Shown piece after piece: positions 1 through 11,986 of a DNA stretch of 62,348 nt. The translations under genes and the position numbers were made by a program. The stretch spans positions 1-62,348 of the forward strand of contig JNEM01010362.1 of NCBI GenBank assembly GCA_000697335.1. The letters are read 5' to 3'. This DNA is from Conidiobolus incongruus B7586 (taxonomy: Eukaryota). Each line of letters opens with the position of its first letter. Position 1 is the stretch's first letter. Under the pieces are notes generated by a model that worked only from the letters and a program-made list of their open reading frames with translations, made no database searches and was not told where the DNA came from.

Positions 1-553
1 GTTAAATTTAACTTAGAAGAAAATCAAAGAATCATAGAACAACAATACTTAAAGTTATCTAGAAACCCTCTTAAATATAAAACTGGTATGTTTGTATACT
101 TAGAACAATCTGCCCTTAAACCTACCCTATTTAAATCTGGCTTAAATCCCAAATACTTACCATTATATTATGGTCCCTATAAAATTTAATCTATTGATTC
201 AAATTTTGAAAATATTACCTTGGAATTACCTCCAACTTTGAGGATCAACCCTACCTTTCACATATCCAAAATTAAACCATACTTTGAAGATTTTGACACT
301 TTTCCTAATTGATTAAAAACCCCAAAACTAGATCCAATTATTAATTAAGATGGAGAAGAAGAATACTATATTAATTACATAATTAAGCCTAAATCTATTA
401 GGAATAAGCTTTATTTTTATGTAAAATGGATGGGTTATCCTATTGAAGAAGCTACATAGGAACCTCTAGAAAATATTAAGAATACCTCAACCTACTATAC
501 CTATTTGCAAAAAATTAAGGAGTGTGTCTCCTCTAAGAAACTTACTAGGGGAG
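1..553 (+). mobile_element. Decayed Ty3/gypsy chromovirus pol 3' end (integrase C-terminus plus chromodomain) with polypurine tract
   Basis: Translates as YYGPYKI*SID...LELPPTLRINPTFHISKIKPY (GPY/F module), then EEEYYINYII...FYVKWMGYPIEEAT*EPLENI (chromodomain); in-frame stops; AGGGGAG at 547-553 directly precedes the LTR TG. Confidence 0.9.
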
Positions 554-950
554 TGTTAAGAGACTAGTTCTCTAAATTCTTATATACACTTTATATAATC
601 TAATTAACTATAAATTATATGATTAATTTATACTTATGTAGTTAAATTAATTGTATAAATAGTATTAAATTATCTAATAAACTAGGTTCCTCTTTTTCCT
701 CTCAATTTTTACTATTTTTACTTTTACACTATTTCTAAGATTGAGACTATATTCTGTTAATATTATAGGATATTGGCACTACCTAATATAAATCTTAATA
801 TATCAGTGACTCATCCTAGTTTGAAGCTTAATTAAACTTTGTTTACACTTGCATGCTACAGCCACATTATATTACCACATTCTACACCACACTACTTTTA
901 TATTAAGTCTTCCTCTACACTATATTAGTTTAACTACCACTATGCTTATA
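554..950 (+). mobile_element. 3' LTR of the chromovirus (LTR family 1, about 397 bp)
   Basis: Begins TGTTAAG right after the PPT; near-identical inverted copy at 1165-1562; ends CTTATA where the other copy ends CTTACA. Confidence 0.88.
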
Positions 951-1087
951 AAATCAGATTATATATTAATATATTTATTAAATATTCAAAATTTTAGCTT
1001 ATCTAGAGTATTTTGAAATATATAATTAATTTAATCAATATTTTTTATATTTAGTTAATTTTGTATATTCTTTTCAGAATTATTTTA

Positions 1088-2780
1088 TATTAATATAGAA
1101 ATTAAGAAATAACAAATTTTTTAATTTCTAATCTTTCAAACATATTATACATTCTGAAAGATTATGTAAGTGTAGTAGTAGTTAAACTAATATAGTGTAG
1201 AGGAAGACTTAATATAAAAGTAGTGTGCATAGAACATGGTAATATAATGTAGCTGTAGTGTGCAAGTGTAAACAAAGTTTAATTAAACTTCAAACTAGGA
1301 TGAGTCACTAATATATTAAGATTTATATTAGGTAGTGCTAATATCCTACAATATTAATAGAATATAGTCTCAATTTTAGAAATAGTGTAAAAGTAAAAAA
1401 TAGTAAAAATTGAGAAGAAAAAGAGGAACCTAGTTTATTAAATAATTTAATGCTATTTATACAATTAATTTAACTATATAAGTATAAATTAATTATATAA
1501 TTTATAGTTAATTGGATTATATAAAAGTGTATATAAAAATTTAAAAAACTAGTCTTTTAATAGATTATATATATATATATATATATTCAATTTTAATTCT
1601 TTTTTTTATTAAAATATATTGATTTTAAAATTTATATTTAAATTTAATTATCTTTAAATTAGATTATAATTATCAAAAGGCATTTATTTTTGTATCTTTA
1701 AAACTTAACTATAAATCCTTTAAAATCATCTAAAACTTGTAAACAGCTTATAGAGATGGTGTTTTATCTAAAACTACTATATATCACTAGATTTGTGATT
1801 TTAAAGCTAGAAGGGACATTATTTAAAATTTACTAAAATTTAAAAGATTAATTTCTACTATTATTCTTTTATTTACTAATAAAGTAAAAAAATTTATTAA
1901 GAAATACCTTTTTATTTCTGTTAGAGAACTATCAAAGTAATTTAATGTTAACTATACAAGCATGTTATATTTACTTAAGTTTAAACTTAGATTAATTAAT
2001 AAAAATATAAAATAGATACCTTATAATTTAACAAAAGCCTAAAAGAAAATTAAAATAGCTATAACTAAACTAAACTTAATAAGGTATAACTAAAAACAAA
2101 GGTTTTTACAGTAAATACTTACAATTAATAAATCTTAGATTCTTTTATATAATCCTTTACTTAAAAATAAAACAAGATGTTAGGTTAAGCTAAATCAATC
2201 CCCTTTACAAATTCTAATAAATAAACACTTTAAATATAAGTGAATATTAATTGTTATAATAGATTATAATGGTATATAGTTTTTTTATTTAATACTTCAA
2301 GGAAAATCAATTAATAATAAGTTATATATTACCTTTTCAAATAAAACAATTTTTAAATAGTATTCTTAATATAAATTAATAACACCTATTATTTTGCATG
2401 ATAATTGTAAAATATATAAAGCTAAAGCTGTAAAAGATTTTTTATATAAAAAAAATTAGAGGGAGTTACCACATCTAGTATATTTACCTGATTATAACCT
2501 ATATAATTATAATTGTTTTAGACAATTAAAAAAATAGCTTGCAGGAAAAAAAATTCCTACAAACAAATTAAATTGGTTTGTGAAACATTAAATTTCAGTC
2601 CTTAATAAAAAGAACTGTTTTTTAGGTATTAGAAGCTTACTAAAAGTATAGAAAAGAGTTATTAATAATAAAAGAGGCTATTAATTTTATATTATTTATT
2701 AATTTTTATATATTATTTATTAATTTATTTGTTTAATTTTAATATTAAAATTGTGCCATTACTTAATTTCTGCACTAATA
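1088..2780 (+). mobile_element. Decayed mariner (DD34D) family A, copy 1, interrupted by a solo LTR
   Basis: TA-flanked TIRs (TATTAATATAGAAATTAAG / CTTAATTTCTGCACTAATA); relic transposase motifs K*IPYNLT, ILTINKS*I, ILHDNC-x-ELPHLVYLPDYNLYNY, GIRSLLKV*KRVI; about 1.29 kb once the LTR is removed. Confidence 0.88.
1165..1562 (-). mobile_element. Solo LTR (family 1) with 5-bp target-site duplication GATTA
   Basis: Reverse complement of 554-950; GATTA at 1160-1164 and 1563-1567; mariner copy 2 lacks the insert at this site. Confidence 0.92.
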
Positions 2781-3635
2781 TTTAAAAATGAAAAGTAAAA
2801 ATTTATTATAGTTAATTTTTTAAAGGATAATATATTATAAAATGAAATAGCAAATATTATTATTTTAATTTTTAATTCTATTATTAATCTATTATAATAT
2901 ACTAAAATAAAAATATAAATTTTGGATATATTTATGAATAGCAATGCTGTTAGTATATATATATATATATTCATTTTATTTAATATTTTATTATTAAAAT
3001 TATTTATATAAATTAAATGAAAGATTCTACATTTTTTGGTCAAAAAACACCATATGGTAAACTTGATAAAAAATAAATGATTGGAATACTAAATTAAGTA
3101 TTCAAATTAAATTTGATCTAATATATTAATAGTACTAACAAAATTCTTGGTATGAAATATTGATTAATGTTTAATATATGTTTGGTTCGTCGAAGGTAAG
3201 AACCAATGTATTGTAATGGTTTTAGTGGATATCATCCAATTTGTATCAATTTCATTAAAGGGTTTCTTTACCTTAGCAATCAACACACTAGTAACAATTT
3301 TGCCAACTGTAATTTTTTAATAGCAGCATAAGCATTCAATGGGTGCAAAAATGATAAAGTACTTATCCCAATAAACTAGTGTTGAAATAATTGAAACTAA
3401 AGGATTTTGAAAATTATGACGGTTATGGAATGGTGTGATTAATTCAAATGATAGACTATATGAATAACTTGATTTGTATTCAATAACTGATCATTGATTG
3501 GTTGATCAAATGATGTTTGAGGGCTAACCAAAATTACGTAGTTAATAAATAAAAAATTGTGACCATGAATTCTTCATTTCTTTAAATTATATTAAAGTTG
3601 TCATTTTAATTGAAATATAAAAAACAAATAGTAAA

Positions 3636-4888
3636 ATGCTTATTAAAACTTTATTAGCTAGTATTTTGTTGGGGCTAGCTCACTGTAATGACCAAGACTT
3701 GCCCCAAGGTCACTCTATCAAGTTGTCCAAAATTAACCCCAATGAGATGACTTTGGAGAGCTTGGCTGAGAATATTGAAGCCACTGCCCAAAAGTACATT
3801 GGTGCTTACAATAGAGACGAACAAAATATTGTTGCTATTGATGCTGATGGCAAAGCTCAATTTGGTGTCCCTATTTCTAATTTCATGAACGCTCAAGTAA
3901 TCTTAATTTTGCAATTCACTTTAAATTTTTATTTAATTTTAAAATCTAGTTCTATGGTGAAATTGGTATGGGCACTCCCCCTCAAAAATTCAAGGTCGTC
4001 TTTGACACTGGTTCCTCAAACTTGTGGGTTCCTTCTTCCAAGTGTTCTTCTATCGCCTGTTTCTTCCACAACAAATACGACCATGGCAAGAGTAGCACAT
4101 ACAAACGTAACGACACTAAATTTGCCATTCGCTACGGTTCTGGTGCCGTTGAAGGCTTTATCTCTAATGATGACTTAACTGTTGGTAATACCAAAGTCAA
4201 ATCTATCAATTTTGGTGAAACTACCAAGGAGCCTGGTTTGGCTTTCGCTTTTGGTAGATTCGATGGTATTTTCGGTTTGGGTTATGATACCATTGCTGTC
4301 AATCACATTACCCCTCCATTCTATGAAATGGTCAAACAAGGCATTCCTGGTCTCTTCTCCTTCTGGCTCAATACTGATGGCGGTGAGAGCAATGGTGGTG
4401 AGTTGACTTTTGGTGGTGTCAACCGCGATCATTACTCTGGCTTCGTTCGCTGGGCCCCCGTCACTCGTAAGGGTTATTGGGAAATCGATTTGGAAGACGT
4501 TGAATTCGATGGAGAATCCTTGGATTTGGAAAAGACTGGTGCTGCTATTGATACTGGTTCTTCTCTTCTCGTTATTCCCACCACTCTTTCCGACTTGATC
4601 AACAAAGAAATTGGTGCTAAGAAGGGCTTCAATGGTCAATACACTATTGACTGCTCTGAAATCCCCAAACTTCCCAAATTGACTTTCACTTTCAATGGCA
4701 ACAAGTTCGATCTCGAAGGTAAAGACTATATCCTCCAAGTCCAAGGCCAATGTCTTTCTGGCTTCACTGGATTGGATATTCCTCCTCCCTTAGGTCCCAT
4801 TTGGATTATTGGTGATGTCTTCCTTCGCAAATACTACTCTATTTATGACTTAACCAATAACCGAGTTGGATTTGCCGAATCTCGTTAA
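3636..4888 (+). CDS. PEP4: Vacuolar aspartic protease (proteinase A); exons 3636-3896 and 3950-4888
   Basis: Signal peptide; NFMNAQ|FYGEI across a GT-AG intron; two catalytic DTGSS motifs; GDVFLRKYYSIYDL. Confidence 0.96.
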
Positions 4889-6457
4889 ATTTTAAATATT
4901 TTTCTAAATTAAAGTATTGTTTTTATTTCATTAAACATATATTTTGTCATTATTTTTATTATTTCTATTCTCTTATTCAATATTCATTGATCTTTAATTT
5001 ATCAATGAATTTTATTCTCACAAATATTATTATAATATTTTATAAAAATTTTTCAATGTAAATTACAAATGTTGTTAATAATTTTCAACTACATGTACAA
5101 TAATATTAATTATGGATATATTAGTTTATCCAAAACGAACATAGAAAATATTACTCATCACACTTTTAATCAATTATTATTTTATTTTATCGTTACTATT
5201 AGTCCAAAAATAACTAATATATCATTCTGATATGATTACACGATTTAATATTGAGTCTTAAATTTTAGAATCTAAGAAGAAATTGTTGCTATGAAAATTG
5301 TTATCATAATGATGTCATAATCCTTGTCTATTAATAAATTCTAGTTTTTAAACCTCAATTGATAATTTTCATAATTTATTTTAAAAATTATAGAAAAATT
5401 AAATAAATATTTAATTATAAACAATATGGTAAAAAAAGTGAAAACGTTACCAATATCAATTAAAATTAAATTGTTAAAAATTTTCAAGCATAAAATCCAA
5501 GTCACATTTTTGAAGGAGATGAATATTGAACTCGAAATCTTTTAAAATTTTTCAATAAAATGTGGTATATTGTAAATATATCATTATTTTTTTCATAAAA
5601 TATATATAATATCTATTGTTTCTATCTTAATAATTATATCAAATTATATATCAATAATATTTTCAAGTTAACCATTCCATTGATATTGAACCTATAATAT
5701 TATATATATATTATAATTAAATATTTTGATTAATCTATTATATCAAGTTATTTAGAAATAATTTGGAAATATATTAGATATTGATTTATTCCAAGTTAAA
5801 GATATTTAATTAAATAATGATATATTTATAAAAAATAGTTTATCAAAATTTCATTTATCAATATATCTGACAATAAATTAATTTATCATAATTCAAATAA
5901 TATATATTGTGAGATGATTTAGAGTTAAATTTTATTTATAATTGTATATATTATAAATATATTTTTTAGTATAGCCTAAATGAATTATTTATGACCCATA
6001 CAATAGTATCCTATTATATTAATTCATTTTCTTTAAAACAATTTCAATAGATTCGTCATCATTAATAAAGTGGAATTTTCAAGATATTTTTTAATCTTAC
6101 ATACACAATTTATGGAGTTTTTAGTTGTGGCTTTTGGATATTTAAATGTTTGAAGATATTGGCGTACTTATTAATTATTATGAATTATATTCGAGATCAA
6201 TTTGTAACTTAACAGTAATGTATTTTGAGAGGTTAGTAGAAAGTTTAGAAGTTGTACTTGGTAAAAACAACGATAATATACTTGAGTAAATATTAGTGTA
6301 TTCAATAATATTTCAAATTATAGCGAATAATTATTATATCCCATAAATTTTACCATAAATCCTAAAGCACAGGACTTAATAAATAATTTGAAATTGTTTA
6401 TGACAATGTCATCATTATCCAATTTTATTTATTTCATCCTTTTTAATCTTTATAAAT

Positions 6458-7039
6458 ATGGTAGATTTTTAAATTATATTTAAAATAATAATTATTCAAT
6501 AAGTATATTAATATTATGATTTTGGTGATAGTCGGAATTACCACCTGGTTGGGAGCAACGTCACTCTCAAAGCCATAACAAACCCTATTATTTCAACTCT
6601 CGTACCGGTGAAAGTGTTTGGGAAAGACCTCAGTTCGATGGTCCCAATTCCGAATTGTTGGGAGCTCGTCACCTATTAGTTAAACATAACAAAAGTCGTA
6701 GACCTTCTTCATGGAGAGAGGTAAATACCCTGTCAATTATTTTAATTATTAATATTATTCATAATACTTTAGGCTGTTATCACTCGTACACCAGAAGAAG
6801 CATTGCAAATTATTCAAGGGTACCGCGACCAGATCACTTCCGGCGCCGCTACATTTGAACAGTTGGCGGAGCAGTTTTCGGACTGTTCGAGTGCCAAGAG
6901 AGGTGGCGACTTGGGTACCTTCTACCCTGGTCAAATGCAGGCAGCTTTTGAGAATGCTACTAGAGCGCTCCAAGTGGGTGAATTGAGTCAGCCCGTTTAT
7001 AGTGACAGTGGTATTCATTTGATACTTAGAACTTTGTAA
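6458..7039 (+). CDS. ESS1: Parvulin peptidyl-prolyl isomerase Pin1/Ess1; exons 6458-6460, 6532-6720, 6773-7039
   Basis: WW domain [10 protein letters not shown]...[49 protein letters not shown]. Confidence 0.96.
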
Positions 7040-7580
7040 AAAATATTTGGAATTTTATTGTGAATTAAATTTCGCTATTATTGGTAAACTTATTCAATTT
7101 TATTTAAATTTTGTTTGTTTTGGTTATTAGAATGTTTTATTTATCAACTTTATTATTGAATTCAATATATTTTATAATACCATTTTCATCAATTAAATAA
7201 TTAAATACTTTCATAAATTTCTAATACTGTATGCGCAATATTTATGAAAATTAATTGATTAATTAATTAATTATATATCAACATTTTGGGATAAGTATTT
7301 CAATTTAGAATTCTATTTATTTGAAATTGGTGTAATTTAACAGTATTTATATTAATTATAAATCAAAGTATAATTGAATACAGTACTATACGAATATTTG
7401 ATTTATTTTTTTAAATTTCATTAAATTTATCTCTATGAATTTTTATAATGGTTGAAAATTTTTAATTAAAATAATTTAAACTTGATCCTAAGCTCAAAAT
7501 TGATTAATGTGATTTTTATTTTCTTAAAAGTTTAAGCATTATTGCTTTTAAAATACTGTACTAATAACAAACTTGATAAA

Positions 7581-9270
7581 TCAAGTTTCAATCCATTTGA
7601 GAGCACCCATAATTAAATATTTAGAAGGTAATGGACCCGTGTTAGGCGCTAAAATGGTCATCGTTTTGCGATGTTCATTGATTTCGGATCTATTTAAAGT
7701 ATTGAATTAATAAAATGAAATCATTGTAATGAAGTATAAATACTTACATATAGATAAATCCAAGTATATTGGAAGTAAGTAATTCGGTTTCATTATTGGA
7801 TTGAGAACTACTTACAGCTAATACGGAGTGAAGTAGAGATGGTTTAGGATCAACTTTAACGATACGAGTTTCACTCACAATGCGATCGGTTCCAACAGGA
7901 AGTGCTGAAGTAGGAGCCAAAACAGCTATCAAGCAATTAATAAAAAGTTAAATTTGACCAATAATATAAACTTACAATCCCCAACTCTGTAAATTTCAAC
8001 ATTGCTAAAACTAATTACGTTGGAAAATGGGCATAAATCATATTTGAAATTGCCATAGAAATATTGTTTCACTTGGTTCATTAACACTTTTCGGCGGAAG
8101 GACTCGTCTCTGTTAACGACCTAAAAGCATGGGTCAATTTCAAGCGAGTTAATATATATGCATGTTAGAAAAATTACTCCTCCTGATTTAGGTAACTTTA
8201 AAGTGGTGACATTAGGTATAGTTGATGTGGATTTGACTATTTCACTATATAGTCTTTCGTGTCCAACTACTACTACCACGGTAACTATTTAGAAAACATT
8301 GTTAGAATATTAATCAATGCCAAAAGTTGATTATACATACCTTGCAATGTATTGATAATATGAGTTAAAAATGACAATCCCATAGTATCAATTAAACCAC
8401 ATGTATCAATGATACAGCCGGAGACCTTAGCTTGAGGATCATGATCCATTCGTTTCTGGACAGCTTTTGCCAATTGCTCGATCTGAAGATTGTAAAGTTT
8501 GGGATTATCAGCTGGCGATTCAAATCCATGGTAATATACAAGAGGAATAGATCCACCAGCCTTGTCAGATGAAGCGGAGTTGACAATTGTGCCAAAGCCA
8601 TTGGATACATCAGGTAAATGGTTGATAGAAGTGACAGTTAAAGCACCCGTTACAACAACAGAACCCTAAAAATAATTAATCAGGATTTGTATAAAAAGTC
8701 TATAATTACTTACTTCAGTGCTATCTAGATCAATATATAGAGGTTCTCTACTCTGTCTAACACCATAGTGTAATAAAATTTTAGCCAACGAAGTTTTACC
8801 ACTATCGTTAGGACCTACCAATAGCACCTAAATTACAATAAGAAATTTCTGGTAATAAAAAAAACAAAAAAAAGTTTACTCTAGGACCCGAAGTTTTATT
8901 CTGTTCGGCCTTAGTTCTCAAATTTTCCAAACTTAAGTGCATATTCAAATAAACGGACATAGGGGTTTCGTCAGCGACGTAAGCAACACTCACTGGACCT
9001 GTAATTTCTAGGGTACAACCTTCCCATGTGAATATAGCTATTTTATCCAAATTGAATTTGTACTCAATATTGAGTCCCAATTCGATACCGAAAATTTCTG
9101 CTGTGCCTTTAATTAACTAATACCAAATAAAAGAAATCAATAAATAAATGATAAATTAGGCTGTTTATTCAATTTGTTACTTTTAAGGTAGCTACATCTG
9201 TATCAAATTCAACACGAAGTTCTTGTTCCGGTGTTAAATCCCAACTTTGGGTATTATTAGAGTTACTCAT
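7581..9270 (-). CDS. CLP1: mRNA cleavage/polyadenylation factor Clp1, multi-exon
   Basis: [27 protein letters not shown]-loop [35 protein letters not shown]; ends LKWIET-TGA. Confidence 0.93.
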
Positions 9271-9424
9271 AATTTTTGAAAATTATTGAAATTATTGTTC
9301 AGTTATATCATCAGATCAAATTTAATATAATTTAGAAAAGTATTATTATTATGGGTTTATAAAAAATAATTTTGAATTAAAATTATGATTATTATTTATG
9401 GAATTGGATATTGAAGGTGAAGAT

Positions 9425-9803
9425 TGATGGGGAATAATCTTGTCCATCACTCAAGAAACTCCGACTATTGCACTAATGCAAGAAGTCACATTGGAAGTAC
9501 CTCATTTTATGAACTAGTCTAACTTAGTGCTTTCCACCTGAAGTTATTCATAGCTACCCAAACTCAATAATTGAAACTATTATAAGATCATCACAAGCCA
9601 ATCAATAAACCTATCTTTCTATCTTCATTTTCAAAAGTATCCAGTCTCTAAGTTTTTTCGTAACACTCACAAAAAGAATTGAGTTGTGACGAGCGTGAGA
9701 TATTTACTTTATTCAAAGACCTTGATTTGCAGTAAGCTATTTCCACCTAATTTGGTGAACCTTCTTAATTTCCCTTAATTTTGTGGTAATCTATCATTTA
9801 CCA
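9425..9803 (+). mobile_element. LTR (family 2, about 379 bp) followed by a PBS-like TGGCGATTCCCC
   Basis: TG...CA termini; near-identical inverted copy at 61393-61770; TGG begins at 9805, one base after the LTR end. Confidence 0.82.
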
Positions 9804-10067
9804 CTGGCGATTCCCCGTTTAAGCTCTAAAAGACTACTTCCTCCCACGTTTACAGTCGTGAAGATGAATATAATATTAAAAATTATAAAAATATAAGTAT
9901 AAGAAAAAATTTAAAAAAAAATAAAAGAAAATGAATTAATAAAATAAATTGACTGGTGGAATTGAAAAAAATAATAAATAATAAAATAGTAAAATAAAAA
10001 GAATGAAAAGAAAAAAAAATTTATAAGATCAAGAATTCAATGTAGTATACTTTCTTTCGTAAAGTAT

Positions 10068-10140
10068 GCCTTCTTGGCTCAGTTGGCAGAGCGTCCGCCT
10101 AGTAAGCGGAAGGTCACCAGTTCGATTCTGGTAGAAGGCA
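10068..10140 (+). tRNA. tRNA-Thr(AGT)
   Basis: GCCTTCT/AGAAGGC acceptor stem; TCCGC-CTAGTAA-GCGGA anticodon arm; GTTCGATTC T-loop. Confidence 0.97.
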
Positions 10141-10593
10141 ATTATTTTGGTATTTCATGTTTTTATTATCCCCCTTTTTTGTTTTTCCTACTTTTTATAT
10201 TTTTATCATTTAAGATTTTTTTTGATAATTTCATAATAACTTTGAAATAATATTTTCTGTTTTATTTCACTCTAGAGTTTAATTTTGAATAGCTATTAGC
10301 TATTTATAAATAGATTTATATACTACCTTTTTTATTAATTTAATATATTTACTTCAAATTATCGATTTGAATATTTTTAAATTATTATTAAAAGATTCTA
10401 TTGATTCAAATTTATATTCTGATTCACTTATTTAATTAATGTATTTAAAACTTAATAAACTTTTTCTTATATAATATAATATATTATATATATCCCAAAT
10501 TTTAAATAATGATTACAAAATAATTTAATGGTTATTTTATAAATAATATTCAGTATATATAAATGATATGTCAAACTTTTCAAAACCTCCAAA

Positions 10594-11986
10594 TTAAAAA
10601 TTCTTTTTAGTAAATAGATAGTGACCGATGCCCCATTCTTCACCATTGTTAAAATTAAAGAGCTCTTCGCACGACATGTAGAAGACACGCCATCTGTAGA
10701 ACCATTTGATAGCCTCATCTTTACTGCCATAGCATTTGGTCAGATGTTCAATGGATTTGCTGTAGCTTTTGTCAAGATTTTTCAACCAGGCGTTACATGT
10801 TTTGGCTAATGTTATTTTATTAGGTATTATACAAAATTTAAAATTGATTGTTTCATTTACCGTAGTTGATACCGTTAACATACCATAGATTCTTCAAAGT
10901 GAAATGATGTTGAAAATACAGGAATAAATCCAAACTTGGCATAGTACCACCTAAATGCCCTTAATAATTATTCACATAATATAATATATATATTTACCAG
11001 TGAAGAAATATCTAGCCATCCAAGAATTATTCTCATTTACATCAAAATCGTATGGAATTGATTTATGACAGAAAATATGTACGAATAATTTACCACCGGG
11101 CTTTAGCCAATGGTTCAATTTTTGGAATAGTTCCATGTAGTTTTTCATATGCTCTAGCATTTCAATTGTCAGAATACGATCGAATCTACTGTGGAGTTAG
11201 TCATATAAATCTATGATATGAGATGGGTTTACTCTGGTTTTTTATCAAAATCAAAGTCCAGAACATTTCCAGTGATAACGTTGATATTGCTGAGTCCCTT
11301 TTGGTTAGCTACTTCCATAATGTGGATTTTTTGGGTTGATGAGTTGGATAGGCATGTGACTTGAGAATTGGGATATTTCTATTTAACTATAAGACAGAAT
11401 ATAAATATAAAAATGGTGAATTGAGATTACTTCAGCTAAAAACAGTCCCAAACTGCCCCAACCACATCCTAAGTCCAATAACTTCATACCATCTTCCAAT
11501 TCAGCGCGTTCGCAATACAATTCCATCATTCTTTCTTCAGCCTGATCCAATGTTATATTAGCTATTAATTATATGATAAAATATTAATTGATAAATATTA
11601 ATAGTATAAAATAAATTACGTTGATCAAATAAGCAACCCGAATATTTCATTCTTTGGCCTAAGGTCAATTTCATAAATTCTGTAGGCACCTAAAATATTC
11701 AAAGTTAACCTAATATAAAAACTAATCCAATCCAAAATACCTCATAATGCTGTTCATTAGCCTTATCAGTATGAATAGCTACTGGACTTTCTTGCAGCTT
11801 CCTAACGAATTGCATCTTCATTGACTGAGTATCCTCCATAGTAGTTCTTGAAATATTTTGCAAACGCTTGTTCAAAAGTGTCCTAATACCGTACCTCAAT
11901 ACTGAGTCGGGTACGTACCCACTATCAATAAAGATTTCGTACCATTCGGATCTTTGATCACTGTCGTTAAGTTGAATATCTGTCAT
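10594..11986 (-). CDS. SAM-dependent methyltransferase, CFA-synthase/coclaurine N-methyltransferase-like, multi-exon
   Basis: [71 protein letters not shown]. Confidence 0.9.

Noticed and set aside
1..2780. In-frame TAG/TAA in TE ORFs as an alternative genetic code
   Set aside because: Stops fall at Trp/Gln-type positions only in repeats, consistent with transition decay; host genes use standard stops
2759..3043. 94-aa ORF from the track
   Set aside because: Ile/Asn/Lys low-complexity product of AT-rich DNA overlapping a mariner TIR
3205..3245. A-box-like TGGTTTTAGTGG
   Set aside because: No cloverleaf or B-box follows
3675..4750. Antisense and alternate-frame ORFs over PEP4 (similar shadows over ESS1, NOP9, BED, Kelch, GT15 and b561 genes)
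   Set aside because: Shadow frames of real genes with no independent motifs
9808..9817. CGATTCCCCG identical to the tRNA-Gly T-arm
   Set aside because: Same sense as the tRNA rather than complementary, and only 10 nt, so not evidence of tRNA-Gly priming
10024..10057. TAAGATCAAG...TGTAGTAT resembling the U2 branch-pairing region
   Set aside because: Interrupted by 7 nt, lacks stem I and an Sm site, and sits in the tRNA upstream flank; probably chance
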